Of a stretch of 64,000 nt of DNA, positions 33,765 to 44,290 are shown piece by piece. Source of the DNA: Candidatus Daviesbacteria bacterium (GTDB lineage: Bacteria > Patescibacteriota > Microgenomatia > Daviesbacterales > UBA10151); NCBI GenBank assembly GCA_016184225.1, contig JACPDA010000004.1, forward strand, positions 343,927 to 407,926, given 5' to 3'. Numbering within the stretch: position 1 is the stretch's first letter; the number at the start of each line of letters is the position of its first letter. Made by a program: the position numbers and the translations under genes. The notes beneath the pieces were generated by a model. That model was not told where the DNA came from, did not search any database, and saw only the letters and a list, made by a program, of their open reading frames with translations.

Positions 33765-34937
33765 TTAGTTAAATATTTCCAGGTTAGGGATTGGAGCCAC
33801 ATTTTGCAGAATGAAGTTTTGAGCATAGAGGTATATTGCAAGTAGTATTATCGGTAAGATGATTTTGAATTCCCGGCTGGTAAGAACTTTTTCAAAAGCA
33901 ATTAAGACAAATGGGCTAATCGGTAAAATATAGCGGCTGATATCACGATGGGCAATCAAGCTGGCAGCTGCCAGATAAGTTAGAACGAAAAAGGCTAATG
34001 GATAGAGTTTTTGTTTGATCAACAAAACTCCTCCTAAAAATCCTAAAATGAAAATATAGATAATGTCTTCCAACCAAATATCTCCGACCCAGAATTGATT
34101 TTTATTAAAGACTTGAAACGGGGGAAGGGTCAGGTGAATATTATCACCACTTTTAAAATAGGCAAAGAAATCCTGGTAAGAGATAGAATACCAGGTAAAT
34201 ATTGACAAAAGCCCAAGTGGGATAAGAAGTAGACTTAAATATGGAGCGACCTTTCGAACAGTTGACATAAAGGATCTTTGTTTAATAATCTTCCAGGCTA
34301 TAAAAAGGGATAATGCTAAAAATAGTAATATACCGGGAGGTCTGGTAATTTGGGCGAATAAACCAAACAGTCCTGCCAAGAAGATATTGATGAATTTTCC
34401 GGACTGTTCGAACTTCATGAAAAAATAAACTGCGCTAATAATAAATAATATAAATGTAGGCTCTGATGAACCGACGCTGTGTACGATTAACCACCTGGCG
34501 GGTAAAATTAAGAATATGAAGCTTAAAAATAGAGGATGGGTGCTTAGCTTAAAGTTCTTTACTAAAAAATAAAAGGCCCAGCAAGCCAGAATTGTAGATA
34601 AGACTGACACAAAAAGCATTGATTTTAAATACCCCAATATTGGGGAGAAAACCGTAATTAGAAAAGCATATCCGGGAAAATGCGAAGCAAAATAATTAGC
34701 TGGAAGGGATTGATGTAAAGAGGCAATTAAATCCGGATTGTAAAAGGTTTTGGCAATAATTATATACTCCAAACCATCAAAATTTCTATAGATAGTCGAG
34801 AATCCCTCAGAAAAGGATAACCCCCAAAAGTTCGGAAGGGCTAGTATATGAGGGAGCCAGACTAGGAGAGTAGTAAGGAGGGTTAGAAATGCCAGGAAAA
34901 TACAATCTTTGACTGATTTGCTCATTGAGGAAATCAT
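33765..34937 (-). CDS. Integral membrane GT-C-like protein (family unassigned)
   Basis: The protein has about 11 TM spans and the loop NFDGLEYIIIAKTFY. The start was taken at the internal ATG at 34937 (MISSMSKSV...) to avoid overlap with the divergent gene at 34977. Confidence 0.5.
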   Translation of the reverse strand: MISSMSKSVKDCIFLAFLTLLTTLLVWLPHILALPNFWGLSFSEGFSTIYRNFDGLEYIIIAKTFYNPDLIASLHQSLPANYFASHFPGYAFLITVFSPILGYLKSMLFVSVLSTILACWAFYFLVKNFKLSTHPLFLSFIFLILPARWLIVHSVGSSEPTFILFIISAVYFFMKFEQSGKFINIFLAGLFGLFAQITRPPGILLFLALSLFIAWKIIKQRSFMSTVRKVAPYLSLLLIPLGLLSIFTWYSISYQDFFAYFKSGDNIHLTLPPFQVFNKNQFWVGDIWLEDIIYIFILGFLGGVLLIKQKLYPLAFFVLTYLAAASLIAHRDISRYILPISPFVLIAFEKVLTSREFKIILPIILLAIYLYAQNFILQNVAPIPNLEIFN

Positions 34938-34976
34938 AGCAGAAAAATGCCATATTATGCTACACTCTAACTTGTT

Positions 34977-37151
34977 ATGAATACGCGTGCTTTGTCTGTT
35001 TTTTTCCCCTGCATTAATGAAGAGGGCAACCTTGAAAATACTGTTCAAAAAGCAGAAGAAGTATTGAAAGAATTAAAAATTAAATATGAGATTATTATAA
35101 TTAATGACGGTTCAACAGATTCTACAGGAAAGATTGCAGATAAACTGGTCCGGGAAAATCCTAATATCAGGGTTATCCATCATCCTAAAAATTTAGGTTA
35201 TGGAGAAGCTTTAAAATCAGGTTTTTATAACGTCCGATATGACACCATAGTTTATACAGATGGAGATGGGCAATTTGATTTTTCTGAAGTGACGAAGTTT
35301 TTGGAAAAAATTAAAGATCACGATGTGGTGATAGGCTACAGAATAAGACGACAGGATTCTTTCTTAAGGAGGCTATTCGGTAAAGGATGGAGGTTAACAC
35401 TGCGTTTTATTTTTGGTCTAACTTTAAAGGATGTGGATTGTGGGTTTAAGATGGTTAAAAGATCTGTGTTGGAAAAAATATCCCATCTTGAGTCTCAAAG
35501 AGGAGCTATGATTAATGCAGAGTTGGCAATCAAGGCTAAGAAGATGGGTTTCCTGATTGGACAGGTTGGGGTTAATCATTATCCCAGACTGAGTGGTAGA
35601 CCGACCGGGGCAAGTTTAAGAGTGATAGTTAAGTCGTTTGCGGATCTTTTAAAGCTTTGGTGGAAATTAAAAGACCAAAAGTTGTTATTTATTCTGCTGC
35701 TGATCGTATTGGCGCTAGCAGTATTCTTAAGGTTCTATAGACTCTCAGAGTATATGACGTTTCTGGGAGATGAGGGGCGGGATGCAATTGTTATCAAGAA
35801 TATGTTGGTGGGTTATCATTTCCCTTTGATAGGACCCCCTACTTCCGTAGGTAATATTTATCTGGGCCCGCTTTATTACTATATGATGGCTGTTCCTATG
35901 GCAATTTTTTGGCTTAACCCTGTGGCGGCAGCCGGGATGAATGCTTTCTTAGGAGTAATGACAGTAGCTTTTATTTATTATCTTGGCAAACAGTGGTTTG
36001 GCAGCGTCTCAGGTCTTATAGCAGCTTACCTATATGCCATATCTCCTGTGACAATTGCTTATTCCAGATCTTCCTGGAATCCTAATCCGGCCCCCTTTTT
36101 TGCTTTGATTGCTATTTTCAGTTTGCATAAATTACATCAAACAGGTAACTTTTTATGGTTGGCTCTTACAGGTTTAGCAGTGGGAGCAGCATTACAGATG
36201 CACTATCTGGCTGCAATTTTAATACCGATTGTTGGTCTAATTTGGCTTTATGAAGTTTTTTCCAGAAAAAACAAAAAATTAAATACCAAAAAGTTATTTA
36301 GTGGCACATCACTAGGTTTATTTTCTTTTATGATGATGATGTCCCCGCTTGTTTGGTTTGATTTAAGACATAATTTTTTAAATTACCGGGCAATTATTGA
36401 GCTATTCAGCAGTGGTAATGCGGTAAATACCGATATTTCGGCAAATATTGCCAGAACCCCTTTGCTTTATACATATAATTTAATCGGTAGATACATAGCA
36501 GCAGAGAATCTTTATTTAATGATAATTGTATCTTTGTTGGTTATTACGGCAGCGGTATACAGATTTTCATACTGGCCAAAAATAATTTTGGGTATCTGGT
36601 TAATAGTGGGATTATTAGGACTTACTTTTTATCAGCAAAATATTTACGATCACTACCTAGGTTTTATGAACCCTGTACCGTTTCTGCTCTTGGGGGCAAC
36701 GGCCCTTTTTGCATCCAATATATCTGGTAAAAAAAGATGGGTAATAAATGGTGCATTGGTAATCTTGGTGCTAGTTTTGACAGCAGTTAATTTACAAAAA
36801 AGCCCTCTTTCATCTTCTCCAAATAACCAGCTGAAAAGGACACAGGATATTGCCAAATTCATTATTAATCAGACCGACGGTAAGGATTTTAATTTTGCCT
36901 TAATCGCTAAAAATAACTATGATTCGGCTTATCAATTTTATTTGGATCGATACGGCCACAAGCCAAAACAGGTTCCGTTTGATAAAACCGAACAGTTGTT
37001 TGTGATCTGCGAAGATTCGGTTTGTGACCCTACCCACAATGCTAAATACGAGATTGCCGCCTTTGGTATGTCAAAAATTGAATGGGAGAGAAATCTTTAT
37101 GGAGTTAAAATATATAAGCTTGTCGATAACCCATCCGGAAAGCCACAATGA
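34977..37151 (+). CDS. Bifunctional fusion: N-terminal GT2 polyprenyl-phosphate glycosyltransferase plus C-terminal GT-C membrane glycosyltransferase (paralog family A)
   Basis: Residues 1-230 carry LSVFFPCINEEGNLENTV...IIINDGSTDSTGKIADK...YTDGDGQFD (GT2, DxD). A multi-TM domain follows, with LGDEGRDAIVIKNMLVGYHFPLIGPPTSVGNIYLGPLYYYMMAVPMAIFWL, the family-A motif. Confidence 0.7.
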   Translation: MNTRALSVFFPCINEEGNLENTVQKAEEVLKELKIKYEIIIINDGSTDSTGKIADKLVRENPNIRVIHHPKNLGYGEALKSGFYNVRYDTIVYTDGDGQFDFSEVTKFLEKIKDHDVVIGYRIRRQDSFLRRLFGKGWRLTLRFIFGLTLKDVDCGFKMVKRSVLEKISHLESQRGAMINAELAIKAKKMGFLIGQVGVNHYPRLSGRPTGASLRVIVKSFADLLKLWWKLKDQKLLFILLLIVLALAVFLRFYRLSEYMTFLGDEGRDAIVIKNMLVGYHFPLIGPPTSVGNIYLGPLYYYMMAVPMAIFWLNPVAAAGMNAFLGVMTVAFIYYLGKQWFGSVSGLIAAYLYAISPVTIAYSRSSWNPNPAPFFALIAIFSLHKLHQTGNFLWLALTGLAVGAALQMHYLAAILIPIVGLIWLYEVFSRKNKKLNTKKLFSGTSLGLFSFMMMMSPLVWFDLRHNFLNYRAIIELFSSGNAVNTDISANIARTPLLYTYNLIGRYIAAENLYLMIIVSLLVITAAVYRFSYWPKIILGIWLIVGLLGLTFYQQNIYDHYLGFMNPVPFLLLGATALFASNISGKKRWVINGALVILVLVLTAVNLQKSPLSSSPNNQLKRTQDIAKFIINQTDGKDFNFALIAKNNYDSAYQFYLDRYGHKPKQVPFDKTEQLFVICEDSVCDPTHNAKYEIAAFGMSKIEWERNLYGVKIYKLVDNPSGKPQ

Positions 37152-37885
37152 AAAAACTTTCAGTAGTAATACCAGCTTATAATGAAGAACGTAATCTAAA
37201 AAGAGGAGTCTTAGATGAGGTAAAAAACTTTTTAGAAAAAATAGGTTTAGAATATGAAGTAATCATAGTGGATGACGGGTCCACAGACCAAACGAAAAAA
37301 ATTATTAAAGAGTATATAGCTAACAATAAAAAATTTAAGTTAATTGAAAATTCACATGGAGGGAAAGCGCTAGCTGTCATGACAGGAATGCTAGTAGGGG
37401 AGGGCGAGATAATCCTCTTTACTGATATGGATCAGGCAACACCAATAACCCAAATTGAAAAATTTAACCCTAAGTTTGAAGAGGGGGTAGATATCGTAAT
37501 CGGTTCAAGAAATGGTAGGAAAGGAGCACCGCTAATCAGGAAATTATCTGCCTGGGGATTTTCATTTCTTCGTGGAATGATTTTAGGATTACCTTTTAAG
37601 GATACCCAATGCGGATTTAAAGCATTCAGCAAGATGGCAGTCGATAAAATTATTCCTAAAATAAAAAGTGAGTGGGGAGTGGTACATTTTAAGGGCGGGG
37701 CAGTTAATGCCGGGTTTGATGTGGAGCTTTTATATTTGGCCAAAAAATATGGCTTTCAGATTGCTGAAGTTCCGGTGGAATGGAAATATGTAGATACGGA
37801 AAGGGTACAGGTGGTTAAAGATGCCTTAGCAGCGGTCTACGACATGTTTAGAATTAGGTGGAATGACTTATTGGGTAAATATTGA
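37148..37885 (+). CDS. GT2 polyprenyl-phosphate glycosyltransferase (DPM1/ArnC-like)
   Basis: LSVVIPAYNEERNLKRGV...YEVIIVDDGSTDQTKKI...FTDMDQATP is a GT2 signature. The gene is ATGA-coupled to the upstream gene. Confidence 0.75.
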   Translation: MKKLSVVIPAYNEERNLKRGVLDEVKNFLEKIGLEYEVIIVDDGSTDQTKKIIKEYIANNKKFKLIENSHGGKALAVMTGMLVGEGEIILFTDMDQATPITQIEKFNPKFEEGVDIVIGSRNGRKGAPLIRKLSAWGFSFLRGMILGLPFKDTQCGFKAFSKMAVDKIIPKIKSEWGVVHFKGGAVNAGFDVELLYLAKKYGFQIAEVPVEWKYVDTERVQVVKDALAAVYDMFRIRWNDLLGKY

Positions 37886-37928
37886 TATCTCTGGACAATT
37901 TGAGCCGTGAAGTTGGTATAATGTTAGA

Positions 37929-39449
37929 GTGAATTATTTAGTTGGACACCGCAAAGAGGTATTTATTCTAGTCGGCTTAGCAGCACTTTATTTTCTTTTA
38001 AGAGTACCTAATTTGACTTCGCAGCCTATCTTTGCGGACGAGGCTATTTATATCAGATGGGCACAAGTGATGAGGGCTGAACAAACGCTTCGATTTTTGC
38101 CTTTATCTGATGGTAAAACTCCTCTATTTATGTGGACGATGATTCCGCTTTTTAAATTTTTTTCCGATCCGCTTTTTGCCGGAAGATTTTTATCCGTAGT
38201 CGCTGGTTTTTTTACTTTTTTAGGGGTTTTCTTTTTATCAAAAAGGGTTTTTAATACCCGGAGCGCTTTATGGGCTACCTTGCTTTATGTGATTACTCCT
38301 TATACTGTTTTTTTTGACAGGATGGCTTTAGTAGATTCTATGCTTGCCGCCTTTACGGTTTGGGTAGTCTTTTTTGCAATTTGGTTAGTCAGTAGCTTAA
38401 GGTTGGACGTTTCCATGATATTAGGTTACTTACTTGGTGGCGCTGTTTTAACCAAAACACCCGGCATGTTGAATCTTTTTTTGCTGCCCCTGACGATAAT
38501 GGGATTCAAAAACAAAGGAGGAAGTCATACTTTGGTGAAACTGGCAATCTTATGGGGTGCGGCAGTGGTAATTGCCCTTGCAATGTATAACCTCTTACGG
38601 TTGGGTCCAAATTTTCAGCTGTTATCTTCAAGGAATGCGGATTATGTTTTTTCTCCCTTTGAGCTTATAGGCAGACCATTGGATCCATTTATTCCTCACT
38701 TTAACGACATTGCTGACTGGTTTCCCAAGCTTTTTACCTGGCCGATTTTACTCACGGTTTTAATGGGGATAATTTATGTTTTATTTGGGATTTGGCAACA
38801 ATCTTTTAGGGGACAGGCCTTATTGGGCGGGATAATTTTACTTTGGGCAATTATTCCTTTGCTTTTAAATATGGCGTTCCTTAGGACTTTTACGGCCCGC
38901 TACCTTTTATCATCAGTTCCCCTACTGCTCGTAATTGCAGGATTTGGAGTAACTAAGCTACTGCCAAGGTTTGCATACATAAAGCGATTTCCAGTAGTAC
39001 TTATGTTAATAGTTCTTTTGCCACTTCCTTTATATTTTGATTTTTCTTTATTAATTTCGCCGACTAAGGCACCTTTACCAAAAGAAGAAAGAAAAGGATA
39101 TTTTGAGGATTGGACGGCAGGTTATGGTTTTGCCGATATCGCAAAGTTCCTTTCAGAAAAAAGTAAAGAGAGGAGGATTGTCTTGGGGACGGAGGGTTTT
39201 TTTGGAACACTACCTGATGGAATACAAATTTATTTGGATAAATCAAATATAGCAATTGTCGGCAGTAGTGCTACAATTTCGGCTCAAATTAGAAATGCTG
39301 CCAAAGACAATTTAACTTTTTTCCTTGGTAATAAAAGAAATTTGGAAGGAAGTATAAAAGATGCGGTGTTAATCAAAGAATATCCTAAATTCAAAAGTTT
39401 GGAAACTGACACGCAAGACGCTACGGTTTTATATCAAGTACTGCCTTAA
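37929..39449 (+). CDS. GT-C glycosyltransferase, PMT_2/ArnT-like (GT39/GT83-type)
   Basis: The first periplasmic-loop motif is TSQPIFADEAIYIRWAQVM (DE motif). There are more than 10 TM spans. The gene has a GTG start at 37929 just after a TATAAT box (37916-37921). Confidence 0.65.
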   Translation: MNYLVGHRKEVFILVGLAALYFLLRVPNLTSQPIFADEAIYIRWAQVMRAEQTLRFLPLSDGKTPLFMWTMIPLFKFFSDPLFAGRFLSVVAGFFTFLGVFFLSKRVFNTRSALWATLLYVITPYTVFFDRMALVDSMLAAFTVWVVFFAIWLVSSLRLDVSMILGYLLGGAVLTKTPGMLNLFLLPLTIMGFKNKGGSHTLVKLAILWGAAVVIALAMYNLLRLGPNFQLLSSRNADYVFSPFELIGRPLDPFIPHFNDIADWFPKLFTWPILLTVLMGIIYVLFGIWQQSFRGQALLGGIILLWAIIPLLLNMAFLRTFTARYLLSSVPLLLVIAGFGVTKLLPRFAYIKRFPVVLMLIVLLPLPLYFDFSLLISPTKAPLPKEERKGYFEDWTAGYGFADIAKFLSEKSKERRIVLGTEGFFGTLPDGIQIYLDKSNIAIVGSSATISAQIRNAAKDNLTFFLGNKRNLEGSIKDAVLIKEYPKFKSLETDTQDATVLYQVLP

Positions 39450-39458
39450 AAAGGACTT

Positions 39459-41102
39459 ATGAAGAAAGTGCTACTGATCCCATTGATTATAATTGTTCTG
39501 GTCTTGCCTACTCTATTACCCCTTTTTAACGAGAGATTTTTTTACACCCAGGATTATATTTTTATTGCAAGACTGCAACAGATGAGTACGGCCTTATCCT
39601 CTGGGCAATTTCCGGTTAGATGGGCACCGGATTTAAGGTATGGAGAACCCCTTTTTAACTTTTATGCACCACTACCTTATTATATAGGGTCAGCTATTCA
39701 TCTGTTGGGTTTTAATTTCATTTGGGTAGCTAAGATCCTCTTTATACTCTCAAGTCTGCTATCTGCCGCTACTATGTATCTTTTGGCGAATAAACTATTT
39801 GGCCGAAAAGCCGGGTTATTGGCAGCTACCTTATATACATATGCTCCATATCGGGCAGTGGATATGTATGTTAGAGGATCATTATCTGAAACTTGGGCTT
39901 TTGTGTTTTTTCCATTGATTTTTTATGCATCAATATTGTTATCGCAAAAAGAGACTCTTAAAAATATTTCTCTTGTGGCGCTTTCCCTGGCCGGGCTTTT
40001 TTTAACGCATAATGTCACAACTTTAATGTTTTTACCCTTTCTTGGTTTATGGTGGATCTACTTAATATTACGGGAAAGGAAATTGAAGATTGTTTTGTAC
40101 TTAAGTTTAGCATCCATCCTAGGGTTTGGGATAGCAGCTTTTTTCTTATTGCCTGCTTTTTTTGAAAATGGTTTTATTCAAACAAAATATTTAACAGTGG
40201 GTTATTTTAATTTTAGAGCACACTTTGTAGCTTATAAGCAATTTCTTTCTTTGTTTTGGGGATACGGATCCTCGGTTTGGGGACCGACTGATGGTTTATC
40301 TTTCCAAATAGGGTTAGCCAATTTAACAGTTTTGGCGGCAGCTGCTATCTTGGCAGTCTTGCATAGAACGGAAAAAAAGCTTTTGGGACTATTTTCATTG
40401 TTGGGTATAAGCTTTGTGCTTTCGATATTTTTGCAGCATAATAAATCAGCTTTTATTTGGGAAGCCATACCGGAAATGGCTTTTATTCAATTCCCCTGGA
40501 GGTTTTTAGGAATATCTGTTTTTATCATTGCATTAACGGGTGGGGCGGTCGCCGTTTATCTGAAAAAAAGATTACTGCCTTTTTATTTTATCTTAATAAT
40601 TGCCGGAACTATTTCAACTTTAATGTATTTTAAGCCAAAAGAATATTCGGATAATAGTTTTTTTGACAAGTTTTTACAAATAGAGATGATGCATAGGGGT
40701 GTTGATTTAACAAAAGATTACTTGCCGATTTGGGTGCAGAATACGGATGGTGAAAGATTTGATGAGCCCCGTGCGAATGAAGGGGAAATTTTAGTCTCAA
40801 GTTTAAAAAGAAACTCAACAAGTCTTAGCTTTTCTGCAGACGTTTTATCTAAAAGTTTAATTGAGGTACCTATTAGTTATTTTCCCGGTTGGCAGGTTAA
40901 AGCTGGTAACCAAGATGTTTCTATCCTGCCCCCATCTAATACGGGACTAATTAGGTTTAAGCTTCCTGAAGGAGCGTATAAAGTAAGGGTAGAGTTGGTA
41001 GATACTCCTATTAGAACTGTTGGCAATATAATATCGGTAGCATCGATTTTATTGGTATTTTTTATGCTCTTAAAATTCTTTCCTAAGAAGAAGGCTTTAT
41101 GA
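39459..41102 (+). CDS. Integral membrane GT-C-like protein (paralog family B)
   Basis: RWAPDLRYGEPLFNFYAPLPYY...YTYAPYRAVDMYVRGSLSETWAFVFFPLIF is present in a multi-TM protein. It is paralogous to the next gene. Confidence 0.55.
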   Translation: MKKVLLIPLIIIVLVLPTLLPLFNERFFYTQDYIFIARLQQMSTALSSGQFPVRWAPDLRYGEPLFNFYAPLPYYIGSAIHLLGFNFIWVAKILFILSSLLSAATMYLLANKLFGRKAGLLAATLYTYAPYRAVDMYVRGSLSETWAFVFFPLIFYASILLSQKETLKNISLVALSLAGLFLTHNVTTLMFLPFLGLWWIYLILRERKLKIVLYLSLASILGFGIAAFFLLPAFFENGFIQTKYLTVGYFNFRAHFVAYKQFLSLFWGYGSSVWGPTDGLSFQIGLANLTVLAAAAILAVLHRTEKKLLGLFSLLGISFVLSIFLQHNKSAFIWEAIPEMAFIQFPWRFLGISVFIIALTGGAVAVYLKKRLLPFYFILIIAGTISTLMYFKPKEYSDNSFFDKFLQIEMMHRGVDLTKDYLPIWVQNTDGERFDEPRANEGEILVSSLKRNSTSLSFSADVLSKSLIEVPISYFPGWQVKAGNQDVSILPPSNTGLIRFKLPEGAYKVRVELVDTPIRTVGNIISVASILLVFFMLLKFFPKKKAL

Positions 41103-42808
41103 AAAAATTTCTTTTTTCCCATATTTACTTTTTGGTCGGGTTGTTGCTAACTTTGAGTTTACTCTGGCCCCTTTTTTTAAGTCCCTATTTTACACACCAT
41201 GATGATGTCCAGGTAATTAGACTTTATGAAATGGACAAATGTTTTAAGGATTATCAGATTCCCTGCCGTTGGGTACCGGATTTAGGAGGACTATACGGAT
41301 ACCCGATTTTTAATTATTATGCACCACTACCTTATTACTTTGGGGAACTTATCTACTTGCTGACTAATAGTTTACTGATTTCGGCAAAGGTAATGTTTGC
41401 CGTCAGCTTCATGGGAGCTTTTTTATTTATGTACCTTTTTGCATCAAAGCTTTGGGGCAAAAGAGGCGGTGGTATAGCCGCTATCTTTTATAGTTTTGCA
41501 CCCTATCATGCGTTGGATTTTTATGTCAGAGGCGCAATGGGTGAGATGTGGGCTTTGATGCTGCTGCCGGCGGTTTTGTGGGCTGCCATTAGGTTGGAAG
41601 AGAAATTAAGTATTACTAATTTATTACTTTTTGGGGTTTTTATCGCAACAGTTATCACTGCTCACAATCTTTCAGCCATGATTTTCCTACCCATTATGAT
41701 TTTATGGATAATTTTGTTATTTTTCAAAAGAATGAATTATCATTTCCTCTGGTTTAGCCTTTCTTCTCTTCTGTTGGGATTTATGTTATCTGCATTTTAC
41801 ATCCTGCCGATGCTTGGGGAGAAAGACTTAGTTCATGTTGACACAACCACTTCCGGATACTTTTCTTACACAGAGCATTTTAAGGGATTTAGGAAATTAT
41901 TTTTAGATAGGAGCTGGGAATATGGTTCCTCAATCAGAGAAGTTCCGGGAGGAGAAAGAGATAGGCTTTCTTATCAAATCGGTTGGGTACATCTTCTGGG
42001 TTGGTTGTTTGCCGGTATTGCTGCTATAGGTTTTTGGAAGAAAAACAGGTGGGTAAGTATAGTCCTGATAATATTTTCTATGTTAACTATGTTGTCTATC
42101 TTTTTGATTCACCCCCGGTCTGAATTTATCTGGAAAGCTATTGAGCCCTTAAAGTATTTGCAATTTCCCTGGCGGTTCTTGATTCTTGTAATATTTTTTG
42201 TTTCGCTTTTGTCAGGTAGCCTCTTTAAACTGGACTTCAAATATAGAAATTTATTGTGGATTACGTTAGTTTTTGCAGTTGTTACCCTAAACTTTCCTTA
42301 TTTCAGGCCGGAAAAATTTATACAGACAAATGATCAAAAATTACTCAGCGGTATCGACTTTGACAGACAAATCAAACGGTCTATTTTTGATTACCTGCCT
42401 ATATACGCAAAAGAGCCACCTGCAGAGCTGGCAACTGAAAGGTATCAAATATTAACTGGTGAGAGTAGAGTCTATGATTTTAATGAGGGTACAAATTGGA
42501 TTACATTTAAAACGGAAACACTCGCACACACCATTATTCGTTTATCGCAATATTATTTTCCCAGCTGGAAGATATATGTTGACGGTAAAGAGACTGCAGT
42601 GGAATACAAGGATAACAGTTTAGGATTAATGACTTTTATCTTAGGGAAGGGAAATCATGAAATTATGGCAAGGCTTTATGATACCCCGATTAGATCTGTA
42701 GGCAACTTGATAACTTTAGTAGGGATTGTAGTAAGTGCAGTACTTTTTTTAATATCTTTCGAAAAAGTGAGAAAAGGTATCAGGTATTACAGTAAAAGGA
42801 TGCACTAA
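41099..42808 (+). CDS. Integral membrane GT-C-like protein (paralog family B)
   Basis: RWVPDLGGLYGYPIFNYYAPLPYY...YSFAPYHALDFYVRGAMGEMWALMLLPAVLW is present. The gene is ATGA-coupled to 39459-41102. Confidence 0.55.
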   Translation: MKKFLFSHIYFLVGLLLTLSLLWPLFLSPYFTHHDDVQVIRLYEMDKCFKDYQIPCRWVPDLGGLYGYPIFNYYAPLPYYFGELIYLLTNSLLISAKVMFAVSFMGAFLFMYLFASKLWGKRGGGIAAIFYSFAPYHALDFYVRGAMGEMWALMLLPAVLWAAIRLEEKLSITNLLLFGVFIATVITAHNLSAMIFLPIMILWIILLFFKRMNYHFLWFSLSSLLLGFMLSAFYILPMLGEKDLVHVDTTTSGYFSYTEHFKGFRKLFLDRSWEYGSSIREVPGGERDRLSYQIGWVHLLGWLFAGIAAIGFWKKNRWVSIVLIIFSMLTMLSIFLIHPRSEFIWKAIEPLKYLQFPWRFLILVIFFVSLLSGSLFKLDFKYRNLLWITLVFAVVTLNFPYFRPEKFIQTNDQKLLSGIDFDRQIKRSIFDYLPIYAKEPPAELATERYQILTGESRVYDFNEGTNWITFKTETLAHTIIRLSQYYFPSWKIYVDGKETAVEYKDNSLGLMTFILGKGNHEIMARLYDTPIRSVGNLITLVGIVVSAVLFLISFEKVRKGIRYYSKRMH

Positions 42809-42811
42809 AAT

Positions 42812-44290
42812 ATGGATGAAAGTGTTGAGCAATTAGATCCGACAGAAGAGAAATTAACCGCGGAAAAAATTAAAAAGAAGGCTATCAAGGGCGCAGCAAT
42901 ATTAACGGGTAGGATGGCTCTCATGCGGCCTATCGACTTTTTTTCCATGGCATTACTAACGGCTTTTCTTAATCCTGCTGAGTTTGGAATTTATTTTGTC
43001 GTTTTAGCAATTAAGAATTTCCTGGCCTATTTTAGCGATATTGGTTTTGCCGCTGCATTAATTCAAAAGAAGGAACAATTAACTGAATTAGAATTAAAGA
43101 CAATTTTTACAGCTCAGCAAATCCTGGTGTTAATCATTATAATAGTAGGTTTTATATTGACTCCATTAATAAAGAGTATCTATCATTTAAATGATGCAGG
43201 ATTATTTTTATACTGGGTATTATTATTTTCTTTACTTCTTTCCTCGCTAAAAACGATTCCTTCTGTATTATTGGAACGAAAATTAGAATTTGGTAAATGG
43301 GTATTTCCTCAAATAATTGAGACAATTATTTTTAATATAGTTGTAGTTTTTCTGGCTTGGAAAGGTTTTGGGGTCACCAGTTATACAGTAGCCGTACTCC
43401 TTTCAGGAGTAGCTGGACTTTTTCTCATATATCTCATCAAGCCTTGGCTACCGGGAGTTGCTTTTTCAATCTCTGCATTTAAATCAATATTAAAATTTGG
43501 TATGCCTTACCAGGCAAATACTTTGTTGGCTATGGTTAAAGATGACGGGATGATTCTTTTCTTGGGAGGTTTGATTGGACCTGTCGGGGTCGGCCTTTTG
43601 GGATGGGCACAAAAATGGGCCTATGCTCCCTTACGGTTTTTTATGGATCAGGTAATTAAAGTGACTTTCCCGGCATTTTCCCGTTTGCAGGATAACAGAA
43701 AAGAACTATCTAATCTGGTATCAAAATCTATCTTCTTTGTCTGCCTTTTAGTTTTTCCTGCTTTAGTAATGCTGGTTTTGCTGGCGCCTACTTTGGTAGC
43801 CATTATCCCTAAATATATTAAGTGGAGTCCGGCCTTGTTTGCGCTGTCAGTCCTAACTATTACATCAGCTTTAGCTGCAATCACCACTCCTTTAACCAAT
43901 ACCTTAAATGCCATTGGTAAAATTAATTTAACTTTTAAGCTTATGATTATGTGGACAGTATTAACCTGGATATTTGTACCGGCTCTTTCTTATATTTACG
44001 GCATAAATGGTGCGGCAGTGGGTTTTACTCTGGTGGGATTAAGTTCTGTTGTAGCTTTATACTTGGTCGCAAAACATGTGGACATTGATTATCTGCAAAG
44101 CGTTGGCAAGCCTTTGCTGGCTGCAGTTTTAATGGGGCTTTCTGTATTTATCATTAGAAATCTTCTTTCCGTTTCATTTCAGCAGGTTGCAGTGATGGTG
44201 TTAACAGGCTTGATAGCTTACTGGACAATGATCTTTTTGCTTGAACCTAAGCTTGTGTCTTTAATTAAAAACCAATTTATAAAGAAATAA
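42812..44290 (+). CDS. Polysaccharide/oligosaccharide flippase (Wzx-like, MOP superfamily)
   Basis: The protein has about 12-14 TM spans. Its N-terminal region KKKAIKGAAILTGRMALMRPIDFFSMALLTAFLNPAEFGIYFVVLAIKNFLAYFSDIGFAAALIQKK is typical of the Polysacc_synt family. Confidence 0.7.
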   Translation: MDESVEQLDPTEEKLTAEKIKKKAIKGAAILTGRMALMRPIDFFSMALLTAFLNPAEFGIYFVVLAIKNFLAYFSDIGFAAALIQKKEQLTELELKTIFTAQQILVLIIIIVGFILTPLIKSIYHLNDAGLFLYWVLLFSLLLSSLKTIPSVLLERKLEFGKWVFPQIIETIIFNIVVVFLAWKGFGVTSYTVAVLLSGVAGLFLIYLIKPWLPGVAFSISAFKSILKFGMPYQANTLLAMVKDDGMILFLGGLIGPVGVGLLGWAQKWAYAPLRFFMDQVIKVTFPAFSRLQDNRKELSNLVSKSIFFVCLLVFPALVMLVLLAPTLVAIIPKYIKWSPALFALSVLTITSALAAITTPLTNTLNAIGKINLTFKLMIMWTVLTWIFVPALSYIYGINGAAVGFTLVGLSSVVALYLVAKHVDIDYLQSVGKPLLAAVLMGLSVFIIRNLLSVSFQQVAVMVLTGLIAYWTMIFLLEPKLVSLIKNQFIKK

